Assembly: GCA_965369655.1 (NCBI GenBank)
Contig: CBDUQR010000031.1
Span: 1-36,274 of the forward strand
Reading direction: 5' to 3'
DNA length: 36,274 nucleotides
Origin: an uncultured bacterium
GTDB taxonomy: Bacteria; Zixibacteria; MSB-5A5; JAABVY01; JAHJOQ01
Position numbers and translations under genes: made by a program. Under the pieces are notes generated by a model, which did not search any database, was not told the DNA's origin, and saw only the letters and a list, made by a program, of their open reading frames with translations. This document shows positions 1 through 8,839 of this stretch, in pieces. How positions within the stretch are numbered: position 1 is the stretch's first letter; each line of letters starts with the position of its first letter.

Positions 1-154
1 CGAACATACCCAAAAAACCACAGCAATCGGAAAGTTATTCTGAGAACAGCTATAGGTGCCCATTTCTGGTTTGATATACTGAACAAGTTTATACGAATCC
101 GCTCAGCTGGAGTTGTGCCGGGGAGTAAGAAGAAGCAGATGAATAGATGATCCT

Positions 155-227
155 GTGGGCGCAGACCCTTCGAAGCTCAGAACTCGCCCTTCGAGGCTCA
201 GGACTCGCGAGGACGTTTGCCGCCCAC
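155..227. repeat. REP-like hairpin (GTGGGCGCAGA|CGAGGACGTTTGCCGCCCAC) interrupted by two tandem 21-nt units
   Basis: The arms GTGGGCGCAGAC and GTTTGCCGCCCAC pair. Between them are cccttcgaagctcagaactcg (166-186) and cccttcgaggctcaggactcg (187-207). Confidence 0.8.
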
Positions 228-240
228 GGTTGTACTCGTT

Positions 241-285
241 CCGGCAGTTCTTGCGACCGCCGAAGGCGTGTGTGTGAACTGCCGG
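241..285. repeat. Palindromic element with a 10-bp perfect stem
   Basis: CCGGCAGTTC (241-250) pairs with GAACTGCCGG (276-285). There is an inner mini-hairpin CGCC-GAA-GGCG (258-268). Confidence 0.7.
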
Positions 286-339
286 TCCCTCGGGATCCCC
301 TCGCGGATCTGGGTCCAAGACGGGATCGGCGACCGAAAA
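285..339. repeat. Dispersed repeat block, shared with 17900-17931
   Basis: gtccctcgggat-[24 nt, 297-320]-cgggatcggcgaccgaaaa here, versus gtccctcggggatcgggatcagcgaccgaaaa at 17900. Confidence 0.75.
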
Positions 340-445
340 ATGGAAGCAATGTCTGACAAGGGCTTGCAGAAGATCGCCAGGTCACATCGACGACTCCGTC
401 GTCGCCAAGACCCGGCGAAACTAACAGGAGTTGGAATAGACAATA

Positions 446-493
446 GATTCCCGTAATATCCTGAGCACAGCGAAGGGCCTTCGCTGGAATGAC
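446..493. repeat. REP-like element GATTCCCG|CCTTCGCTGGAATGAC interrupted by a 24-nt unit
   Basis: The insert at 454-477 reverse-complements to cccttcgctgtgctcaggatatta, the same family as the units at 166-207 and 13601-13621. Confidence 0.75.
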
Positions 494-514
494 GTGTTTG
501 AGATTACGGTTTGC

Positions 515-1930
515 CTATTTGCCGGTGGCGTTCAGTACGGCCGGGATTGTCTTGAGAAGAATCTTTGTGTCGAGCCATAGAGACCAGTTGTCGATGTATT
601 GCAGATCGAGCTTCATCCACTCATCGAATGTCGTATCATTCCTGTCGCCAACCTGCCATAGGCATGTCATTCCCGGCTTCATCGACAGCTTGCGTCTCTG
701 CCACCTGTCGAATTGATGGACTTCCTCTGGAACGGGAGGTCTCGGACCAACCAGAGACATCTCGCCTCTGGTGACATTGATTAACTGTGGGAGTTCGTCG
801 AGAGAGGTCTTCCTCAGGAACTTTCCTATTCGGGTGATCCGGGGATCATCGGCAATCTTGAATGCAGCGCCATCGATCTCGTTCTTGCTCATCAGAGATG
901 CTTTGAGGTCTTCTGCGTTATCGACCATTGTCCTGAATTTGAAAACCTCGAAACGTCTTCCATTGAGGCCGCATCTCACCTGCTTGAAGAAAACCGGGCC
1001 GTGCGATGTCGCCTTGATTACGGCTGCGATAGCCATGAACAAAGGAGCAATTACAAGCAGGCCGAACAGTGCGCCGAGCCTGTCTATCAGGCTCTTGATA
1101 GCGATCTGGAACCTGTCATCAGAGACAGTACTATAGAGAATTGCCGGCCTTCCAAGGAATTCCGTCATGCGTTTTTTCGCGATATTCGTCGAGAGAAAAT
1201 CCGCCATGAGGCACGCCTGTGTGCCCATCTCTTCACAGATCGCAAAAGCCGATTCGATCTTGTCAAGATGCTCGTGACCTGTGGCGAATATCACGCAGTC
1301 TATATGGCGATTCTGGATTATATCCGGCAGCTCCGATAACGATCCGATCAGGGGAATATCGCGGTATCTCCACAGGGTAGTCATCTCCTGCCAGTCGAGC
1401 AGACCGACGACGGCATATCCCCATTCAGGATGCGCCTTCAATTTGTCCACAGCCCACTTGGCAAGGTCGCCGGTCCCGACCACGATCAGATTCTGGTTGT
1501 TGCGCCCCATTCTTCTGGCGATATGCAGTACCCTGAGGACAATTGCCCTTATTATGTAAAGCGACACGAAATCGAGAGTCACGAATGTTACGATGAAGGA
1601 TCTATCATACACGAGGGCGTTTATGGCGAACAACCATGACACAAGCAGGATCATACCGAGCGCTACCACACGCAGGACGTCTCTGAAAATTGCGCGATAC
1701 GGTTTCATTCTGTAGACGTAAGATTGCTTTTCACGGTGGATCAGGATTCCCCAGATAACACAGAGCATTATGACATTTTGCAACGAAAGTTGTCCCGGAA
1801 TGAGCGGCAATGGCGATCCGTTGTGATAAAGCGCTTCAAGCAGACATGTCGCTATGAACGCCAGACATGTCACCGCGATATCGAATCCAAAGTGAATTGT
1901 CCTGTATGCAGCGACTCGATCTTTGAACAC
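515..1930 (-). CDS. Priming polyprenyl-phosphate glycosyl-1-phosphate transferase (WcaJ/WbaP family)
   Basis: N-terminal TM helices and a C-terminal bacterial sugar transferase domain with FKFRTM, DPRITRIG, SLDELPQL, MSLVGPRP and PGMTCLWQV. Confidence 0.93.
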   Translation of the reverse strand: MFKDRVAAYRTIHFGFDIAVTCLAFIATCLLEALYHNGSPLPLIPGQLSLQNVIMLCVIWGILIHREKQSYVYRMKPYRAIFRDVLRVVALGMILLVSWLFAINALVYDRSFIVTFVTLDFVSLYIIRAIVLRVLHIARRMGRNNQNLIVVGTGDLAKWAVDKLKAHPEWGYAVVGLLDWQEMTTLWRYRDIPLIGSLSELPDIIQNRHIDCVIFATGHEHLDKIESAFAICEEMGTQACLMADFLSTNIAKKRMTEFLGRPAILYSTVSDDRFQIAIKSLIDRLGALFGLLVIAPLFMAIAAVIKATSHGPVFFKQVRCGLNGRRFEVFKFRTMVDNAEDLKASLMSKNEIDGAAFKIADDPRITRIGKFLRKTSLDELPQLINVTRGEMSLVGPRPPVPEEVHQFDRWQRRKLSMKPGMTCLWQVGDRNDTTFDEWMKLDLQYIDNWSLWLDTKILLKTIPAVLNATGK

Positions 1931-1933
1931 CTG

Positions 1934-3175
1934 CTACTCCATGATCTCCATCAGGTTATCCATATAGCTCGCAGCGATTTTCTCGCGTCGACAATGTGAT
2001 GACACGTAGCGCAGGCCGTTTTGTCCAAGACGATTCGCCAGCTTCCGATTGTCGTACAGTTTCAGGATCGAGTCGGTGAGGCTCTCGGCATTTTCAGGCT
2101 CGAAAGCGATCCCTGCCTCGGCGCTCTCGACCAGTCTCCTGGACTCGCCTTCCGTACCGATCAGAATCGGTTTGCCCGATGCCATGATTTCATATATCTT
2201 CGACGGTATATTCCTGGTGAACAGTGATGCCTTCCTCAAGGGTACAAGGCATGCATCTGAAGCTTTGTAGTAATCGACCGCTTCTTCATGTTTCATTTGA
2301 GGGAGGAACAGCATATTGTCGAGTCCGCGCTCGCGCGTTGATTTTTCGAGTTTCTCTTTCTCGGCGCCGTCGCCGATCATGATGAATTTGATGCGATCGT
2401 TGTCTTTCAATTTTTCAGCGGCGGAGACAACCGTTTCGAGTCTGTGAGCCATGCCGTGAGTACCGATATATGAAACCACGAATTCTCCATCGAGACTGTG
2501 CCTGCCTCTGATCTTCTCGACGTCGATATCGTGGGAGAATTCATCGAGGTCTATGCCATTCGGCAGCAATACGATCTTGTCTCTCGGTACGCCGCGGCTT
2601 GTTAGTATTTCTATCGTACCCTGGGCAACCGCGACGATCAGACTCGCTCTGCGGTAGAGGAACATCTCCATCCATTCGAGCAGGCGGATCACGAGACGAT
2701 TCCTGATCGCGCCGACCGCAACGATTTCTTCGGGCCAGACATCTCTCACCTCGAAGATAAACGGCGCGCGCTTGACGAGCGAAATCAGGTAGCCGGCTAC
2801 TGCGACGAAAAACTGCGGCGACGTCGCGATAACAACATCGACTTTCGGCAGACGAGGCAGCCCCAGGATGATCGATGAAAACATGAATGACAGGTAGTTT
2901 AATACGCGTTTGAGAAGACCTTTGTTCTTTGTCGCGTAAACGTATGTGCGGATGACATCTACGCTTTCGTCCTTCTCGGTCATCGTGAATTTGCCCGCAT
3001 ATTCCGGCGGGATGACGCCGGTCGGATGATTCGGAAAGCCGGTCAGCACAGTGACACGATGCCCCTGTTTAGTCCAGAGCTTTGCCAGTCTCGATACCCT
3101 GAGAGCCGGAGCATTTACCTCAGGTGGGTAATAGTGCGAAATGTAGAGAATCGACCTTCTGCGTTGACCAGTCAT
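1934..3175 (-). CDS. Glycosyltransferase family 4 (WbuB-like)
   Basis: YYPPE, TGFPNHPTG, FEVRDVWPE, YIGTHGMAH and PSKIYEIMASGKPI motifs. Confidence 0.9.
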   Translation of the reverse strand: MTGQRRRSILYISHYYPPEVNAPALRVSRLAKLWTKQGHRVTVLTGFPNHPTGVIPPEYAGKFTMTEKDESVDVIRTYVYATKNKGLLKRVLNYLSFMFSSIILGLPRLPKVDVVIATSPQFFVAVAGYLISLVKRAPFIFEVRDVWPEEIVAVGAIRNRLVIRLLEWMEMFLYRRASLIVAVAQGTIEILTSRGVPRDKIVLLPNGIDLDEFSHDIDVEKIRGRHSLDGEFVVSYIGTHGMAHRLETVVSAAEKLKDNDRIKFIMIGDGAEKEKLEKSTRERGLDNMLFLPQMKHEEAVDYYKASDACLVPLRKASLFTRNIPSKIYEIMASGKPILIGTEGESRRLVESAEAGIAFEPENAESLTDSILKLYDNRKLANRLGQNGLRYVSSHCRREKIAASYMDNLMEIME

Positions 3176-3220
3176 TGTGCCCTCAATCTGGTTTCGGCGA
3201 CCCCAAGCCTGATGCGCTCA

Positions 3221-5380
3221 TCAGGAGCCGACTCGGACAGGTTTTCCGGTTGAAAGCGATTTGAGGACTGCGAAAGTCGATCTCGTCACTGCACATGCTG
3301 ACTCGAATTCCGCCGTCAGATCATCGCCTCCCAGGAAATGTGCGGCAAATGCCTCAATCTCGTTCTTGTGTCCCTTGTCCTGGCTGCCCGAATGGAGTTT
3401 CGTCCGCTTGCCATCGCGGTACATCTCGGCAGACTTGAAATCATTGATCACGAAGCTCGCGCCACCTGAGAATATCTCGAATCTTTCCTTGGGCATTCCC
3501 GCTCCCCCGTTTGCCGCGTAAGTTATCGAGCCGGAAGAACCGTCTCCAAACCTGACCAGTATCTGTACGTTGTCGCTGTTGAGATACTGCCTGCCCCCGT
3601 TTTCAGCGCAACCGGCGAACACTTCGACCGGAGCCGATCCAGCCATGAACGACATCAGATCGATGAAATGACACACCTCGCCAATGATTCTGCCTTTTCC
3701 GATTTTATCGTCCTGGAGTATGCTTTCTTTAGGAATGAAGCCTGCGTTGATGCGATAATTGAACAGTGCCGGGTACGGTATGTCTTCGAGCCTGCTCTTT
3801 ATCGCGAGCGCTGCAGGAGAGTATTTCCTATTGAAACCGACCATCAGTTGCGCTGAGTTGGACATCATAGCTTTCTCGACATTCCGCAACTCTCTTTCTG
3901 ATGTTGCGAGCGGTTTCTCCACGAAGACCCATTTGCCTGCTTCGAGCGCGCGCACAACCTGACCTGCGTGCATATTGTGCGGAGTCAGCACCATCACTGC
4001 GCCGATCTGCGGATCCTCGAAGACCCTGTCGAAAGATGTCGTTGCAGACTGAAACCCGAACTGCTTCGCTGCAGAGAGCGACTTGAGACCGTTGGGCGCC
4101 GCAAGCGTGCGACAGATGATTTTCTTGTTGTCGCGTAAGGCTGGAAACAGCACTCCCGTAGCAAATGGCCCCGCTCCACACGCGCCGATCACAAGTCTGT
4201 CGGTTTTCGGCGGAGACATCGGAGCTAACGAGATCGTCTTCACGGACTTCACGTCCTTGCGATACCTGAGGACAATCCCAAGATGAGGCTCAGGAGTCTT
4301 GCCTGTCACAATCGAGTACGCCTTCTCGGCGTCTTTGCAGTCGAATGTGTGAGTGACAAGTTTGTCGAGCCTGATCTTTCCTTCGGCGATCAGATCGAGA
4401 AAAGCAGCCATATTTCGTCGCTCGGTCCACCGCACATATCCGATTGGATAATCGTGTCCCATCTCTTCGTACTGTCTGTCGTATCGTCCCGGGCCATAAG
4501 AGCGGGATAGATTCAGGGACAGCTCCTTGTCATAGAGCGGTTTCCTGTCGAGTTCCATCCCTACTGCTCCCACGACTGTGATATGTCCTCTGTCGCGCGC
4601 GATCTGAGATGCCTGCCTGATTATCTCAGATGATGCAGTAGCGGCTGTTATTATCACTCTGTCGACGCCGATGCCGCCGGTGAAATGCGTCACCGATCGC
4701 TCGAATTCATCGGATGAATTGTCGACTGCCAGATCGACGCCGTTTTCGACAGCGAGATCGATCTTGCTCCTGTCGATATCGAGTCCGATCACGCGGCATC
4801 CCGCCGCCTTGAGCATCTGGAGAGTAAGCTGTCCGAGAAGACCAAGTCCAAAAACAGCGACATTCTCGCCGAGTTCGACTTTCGCTTGCCGTACGCCCTG
4901 CATAGCTATCGCGCCAAGTGTTACGAATGAACCGTCGCGGAACGAGACATTAGCAGGGAGTTTGACGACAAGGTTCTTCGGTACGAAAATTATTTCGGCA
5001 TGACAGGCATATCCGAAACCGGCGCAGGCGACTCTCTCGCCTGTTGCGAACTCGGAAAGTTCGGGGGATATGTTCTCGATAACTCCCGCCGACGAATAGC
5101 CGAGTGGAATGGGGGATTGCAGGCGCGACCTGACTTTGTTGAATGTCGACCGAATGCCCTCGGTCCTGACCTTCCCGATCACCTGTTTCACGAGATCGGG
5201 GCGCGACCTTGCCTTGGCGACAAGGTTTTTCTCGGCCAGCCCGATGATCGCGCGCTCAGTTCCGGCGGATACGAGCGAGCAGACATTTCTGACGATCACT
5301 CCGCCCTCTCGCAGGGCGGGAGACGGAACTTCTTCGATTCTGAGCATATTCTTTTTCGGATATTGAACCACTTGTTTCAT
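3221..5380 (-). CDS. Bi-domain oxidoreductase (Zn-type/MDR dehydrogenase fused to Gfo/Idh/MocA)
   Basis: SLVSAGTE, PLGYSSAG, GLGLLG and SRSYGPGRYD in the N-domain; EKPLA, MVGFNR and GEVCHFID in the C-domain. ATG at 5380 has a GGAG RBS. Confidence 0.9.
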   Translation of the reverse strand: MKQVVQYPKKNMLRIEEVPSPALREGGVIVRNVCSLVSAGTERAIIGLAEKNLVAKARSRPDLVKQVIGKVRTEGIRSTFNKVRSRLQSPIPLGYSSAGVIENISPELSEFATGERVACAGFGYACHAEIIFVPKNLVVKLPANVSFRDGSFVTLGAIAMQGVRQAKVELGENVAVFGLGLLGQLTLQMLKAAGCRVIGLDIDRSKIDLAVENGVDLAVDNSSDEFERSVTHFTGGIGVDRVIITAATASSEIIRQASQIARDRGHITVVGAVGMELDRKPLYDKELSLNLSRSYGPGRYDRQYEEMGHDYPIGYVRWTERRNMAAFLDLIAEGKIRLDKLVTHTFDCKDAEKAYSIVTGKTPEPHLGIVLRYRKDVKSVKTISLAPMSPPKTDRLVIGACGAGPFATGVLFPALRDNKKIICRTLAAPNGLKSLSAAKQFGFQSATTSFDRVFEDPQIGAVMVLTPHNMHAGQVVRALEAGKWVFVEKPLATSERELRNVEKAMMSNSAQLMVGFNRKYSPAALAIKSRLEDIPYPALFNYRINAGFIPKESILQDDKIGKGRIIGEVCHFIDLMSFMAGSAPVEVFAGCAENGGRQYLNSDNVQILVRFGDGSSGSITYAANGGAGMPKERFEIFSGGASFVINDFKSAEMYRDGKRTKLHSGSQDKGHKNEIEAFAAHFLGGDDLTAEFESACAVTRSTFAVLKSLSTGKPVRVGS

Positions 5381-5382
5381 TT

Positions 5383-6645
5383 CTATCTCCACTGATGTTC
5401 GATCAACTGTTTGTTATCTTCAGCGACAGGTGTTGTCTGGTGCGAAGAAGACTGTCGCTCCATGTACTCTGTCGCCGGATGTCCGGAGACTTCTCTGATG
5501 AACTCGGCTGTCATTTCTGCTGTCCGCCTCCACGAGAAAAACTCCGCCCTGTGTTTAGCCGACCTCCTGAGACCGGAACGCAGGGCATCATCATCGAGCA
5601 CTCTCTTAGCTGCGTCGCATATTGAACTTGGATCGTGTGGATCAAAGAACAGGGCCGCCTCGTCGAGGACTTCCGCGCACAGGCGCGTGTTGGATGCCAC
5701 TATCGGCGCACCGGCCTGAAGCGCCTCGATGAGTATCAACGAGGCCGATTCGAGCCATGACGGAAAGATGAAAAGATCACAGGATGAGTAGAGTCCTGCA
5801 AGTGTCGAGTAGTCCACCGATCCGACCATGCGTACCTGCGATTCCAAATCGTGTGACGAGATGTAGTCTCTAATCTCTCGGGCGTATCTCTTGTCATAAC
5901 ACTCGCCCGCCAGCACGAGAGTCATCTGTCTGCCGGAAGATCGGCGCAGGAGATCGAACGCCTGTACGACTTCGAGGATGTTCTTGTAGCGATATATATG
6001 TGAGCAACAGAAAATCAACTGCCCCTCGATATTGAATTGTTTCTCGATATTTCTGCGTGTCGTCAGTTTCGAGACATGTCTGTCTGTCCCCATGTAGATC
6101 ACGCGCTGTGGGATGTTATTGAGATCAAGACTGTCTGCGACAAAACTGCGCGCAAAGTCTGTCAGATGAATTACGCCGGAGGCGCTTTTCATCGAGAGGC
6201 GCGTTGCAAGTCGGAGCATGTGGAGCCTGAGTCTGCTAAGAAGCGATTCGCCTGCGATAAATTCGGGGCTGAAAGGCGCGAGGTTGTGGATAAGCAGTAT
6301 GCGCGGGACAGGACTGCCCATCATGCCGAGATTACCCGGCTCAAAGAGAATATCGATATCCAACCGTTTCAGTTCTCTGCGCAGCACTGTCTGTTCCCAG
6401 AGCAGACGATGCAGCAGGCTTCTCGCCGGAAAAGAATAGAATCGGTATTCTATGTCGTTTCTCTTCGGCAGATCGAAATCACGTTGAGCATTCGACAGGA
6501 ATACGACGATTTGAGTGTCCTGCTCTCTGGGGAAATACTGGAGTAGCTTTTCGAGATGTCTTCGACCGCCGCCGTCAACTAACTGGGTTGCCTTGATTCC
6601 GATTCTCATGGTAGCGGCTGTATCAGCGTTTTCACCGATCTCCAT
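5383..6645 (-). CDS. Glycosyltransferase family 4
   Basis: YKNI, FIFPSWLESASLILIEALQAGAPIVASN and ALFFDP GT-B motifs. An alternative start at 6609 is possible. Confidence 0.88.
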   Translation of the reverse strand: MEIGENADTAATMRIGIKATQLVDGGGRRHLEKLLQYFPREQDTQIVVFLSNAQRDFDLPKRNDIEYRFYSFPARSLLHRLLWEQTVLRRELKRLDIDILFEPGNLGMMGSPVPRILLIHNLAPFSPEFIAGESLLSRLRLHMLRLATRLSMKSASGVIHLTDFARSFVADSLDLNNIPQRVIYMGTDRHVSKLTTRRNIEKQFNIEGQLIFCCSHIYRYKNILEVVQAFDLLRRSSGRQMTLVLAGECYDKRYAREIRDYISSHDLESQVRMVGSVDYSTLAGLYSSCDLFIFPSWLESASLILIEALQAGAPIVASNTRLCAEVLDEAALFFDPHDPSSICDAAKRVLDDDALRSGLRRSAKHRAEFFSWRRTAEMTAEFIREVSGHPATEYMERQSSSHQTTPVAEDNKQLIEHQWR

Positions 6646-8766
6646 TCATGCGTGCGTATGCTTGAGCGTGAGCTTCTGCGAGCTTTCGGCTGTACCGTCC
6701 ATCCATTTCATATCTGCGATTATCTGCTGTGCCACTCTCCGTTTCCTTGACAACTCCCCGCTGCTTCTCATCGGAATTGCCGCCCAGACCATAGATGCCG
6801 GGGCGTTGCCAGTGAGGGAGAAATCGATTCTCTCGGCATTGCACTTCATTCCATAAAGAGGCGAGACTTCATGTGTCACGATTTCGAAATCCCACTCTCG
6901 ACTGAAGATGACGATATCGAGTCTTCTCTCTTCAATTCTGGACTCAAGCGATATGTGAGATGAATCGACCACTCTCGGTTCTACATCGCCGAGTATCAAC
7001 CTGTCTGCGAAATCGAATTCGCCGCCTCCGTAGAAATCATCCTTGATGATCCACAGGCCGTGCGGTTTGTCGAAGTAGACGGACCTGAGTACATGGATCG
7101 GATCCGGCAATCTTGAGTATGCCGAGTGCTCGGCCTCGATGAGATCGAAATCATCGTTCGACTCCCATCGATTGACCTTCACCTTGGCGTCGGGGCGAAT
7201 GGCGAACAGCAGTTTGGGAAGGAATCGATTCTGCTCTTCTTCGTTTATTGCAGGTACAGAGTGATATGCTGTCGATCTGAATCTGTCGCGGTCTGCCTGA
7301 TTCGATGTATACCTGTAAGTCCCGGAATCAACGATGAAGTTGGTGTTGCCGCAGCTTATCTCGATCGTGAGCATGTCGTTGTGTTTGTGGCCGCCGATTC
7401 CGCCCGAACCTATCGGGTTCGCCGCCAGAAAAAGGTAAAGATCATCTTCTCTGAGCGTAGCAAGACCTGAATCGGAATAGTAATGTGATTCTCTTTGTTG
7501 TCGCGGAGCATCAGCGGTAGATCGAAGCGTCTCCATGATTTCGGCTCCCGCCAGCCATACGGAATCGAAAGGCGGTTTTTTCGAGTGCGACCTGAGATGT
7601 GGCATATCGAGGATCAAGGCGCCGATGTCGAGCAGTCTCTGCGGGTCGGGTCGATCTACTCCATTGAAAACGAGGATTCGGCCTGAATCGCCGTCGCCAA
7701 AATTCGGGATCGATCCGTCCGGCTTGAGGAACACCCAGATCAACTCGAACATTTTCTTGAGCCTGTTGCGATATCCCTCTGAGAAGCCGTTGAACTTCGA
7801 CTCGACCAGATATGCGAGCAGGTATATCTCAGATGTGAGGAGTTGATAGTTCATTGATGATTCGAAACAGAAACCGTCGGGAAGAGTCTGAAGCATGATC
7901 TCTTTTTCGAGCTCATCGACTGCAAATTTTCGCCACTTGTCTCCGCGGTCGGTTCCTCTGAAGAGATTGCCTGCGACAATAAGCCCGAGCAGATCGGTCA
8001 GGTAGTGATTCGAGTTCAGACCGTTACCGATCACCTCGATATTTTCTTCGATATAGACAGCGTGCTGATAGACATGCCTGTAGAATCTGCGCGTGAAATC
8101 GAGGTCCAATACATCGTTGTCCTTGATGATCTCGAACGCCGCAATCCAGTTGAGCATTCGGATCGCGACTTCCATCGCACAGGTCCAGTTGATGCCGTAC
8201 GGATAGGAATTAGACTCGGTCCAGTCGTCGATCAGTTCGACGAACTTGCGGACATAGCGATCGTCATCGGTGAATTTCCACGCCTGCGCAAGCCAGACGA
8301 GATAGTGTCCTCTCGACAGTTCCCAAGGTACTTTGAGGTCGGATTTATTGTGCCACATCACGAGCGGCACCGCGAGATAGTAATTTTTCGCCCAGTGTAT
8401 GCCGGATACGAAATCCTTCTCCCACTCGATACCATCGTGGAACTGATGGGGCTGAAAGCCAAGGACCCTGAAAGTGTCGGTCGTGGTCTCATCGGCGCGG
8501 GTGACTATCCGGTCGACAGTGTCACTGTAATAATCCCGTGCGATTTGCAGCAGACGGTGGCGATCATCCGGAACGAGAACACTCTGACCCGATACCAGAT
8601 CAGCGAGACACTCCTCCGGGGATTTGAGTCGTGATCCATTCGTGAGAATGGCGTCGAATTCGTGGGAGCTCAGCGGCTTCTTCTTTATCGCTGTAGATAA
8701 CATCCGCTTCGCAACCCTCCTTAACTTACGTGCCGCTCTGGCGGTGAAAGCGTCGATGAATGCCAA
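6646..8766 (-). CDS. Heparinase II/III-like (alginate lyase-fold) protein
   Basis: DLKVPWELSR, GINW-CAMEVAIR, SNHY, GDGDSGR, GGHKHND, DSGTYRYT and FRSTAYHS motifs. Confidence 0.88.
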   Translation of the reverse strand: MAFIDAFTARAARKLRRVAKRMLSTAIKKKPLSSHEFDAILTNGSRLKSPEECLADLVSGQSVLVPDDRHRLLQIARDYYSDTVDRIVTRADETTTDTFRVLGFQPHQFHDGIEWEKDFVSGIHWAKNYYLAVPLVMWHNKSDLKVPWELSRGHYLVWLAQAWKFTDDDRYVRKFVELIDDWTESNSYPYGINWTCAMEVAIRMLNWIAAFEIIKDNDVLDLDFTRRFYRHVYQHAVYIEENIEVIGNGLNSNHYLTDLLGLIVAGNLFRGTDRGDKWRKFAVDELEKEIMLQTLPDGFCFESSMNYQLLTSEIYLLAYLVESKFNGFSEGYRNRLKKMFELIWVFLKPDGSIPNFGDGDSGRILVFNGVDRPDPQRLLDIGALILDMPHLRSHSKKPPFDSVWLAGAEIMETLRSTADAPRQQRESHYYSDSGLATLREDDLYLFLAANPIGSGGIGGHKHNDMLTIEISCGNTNFIVDSGTYRYTSNQADRDRFRSTAYHSVPAINEEEQNRFLPKLLFAIRPDAKVKVNRWESNDDFDLIEAEHSAYSRLPDPIHVLRSVYFDKPHGLWIIKDDFYGGGEFDFADRLILGDVEPRVVDSSHISLESRIEERRLDIVIFSREWDFEIVTHEVSPLYGMKCNAERIDFSLTGNAPASMVWAAIPMRSSGELSRKRRVAQQIIADMKWMDGTAESSQKLTLKHTHA

Positions 8767-8839
8767 CCAACCATCCCATTTATCATGTTCACACCACTAC
8801 ATGTGTCGCTCATAGTGGCATGGCCATCCTGGCCATGCT

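Noticed and set aside
1-90. Possible partial gene at the left edge
   Set aside because: Too short to fix the frame or product.
166-207. Tandem 21-nt repeats as a CRISPR array
   Set aside because: There are only two adjacent units, with no spacers and no cas genes.
89-456. Several overlapping 69-98 aa ORFs
   Set aside because: They lie over palindromic repeats and show no RBS or recognisable motifs.
4285-4295. GAGGCTCAGGA match to the micro-unit core inside the oxidoreductase gene
   Set aside because: It lacks the CCCTTC part and a host hairpin, and reads as ordinary coding sequence (TPEPH), so it is likely chance.
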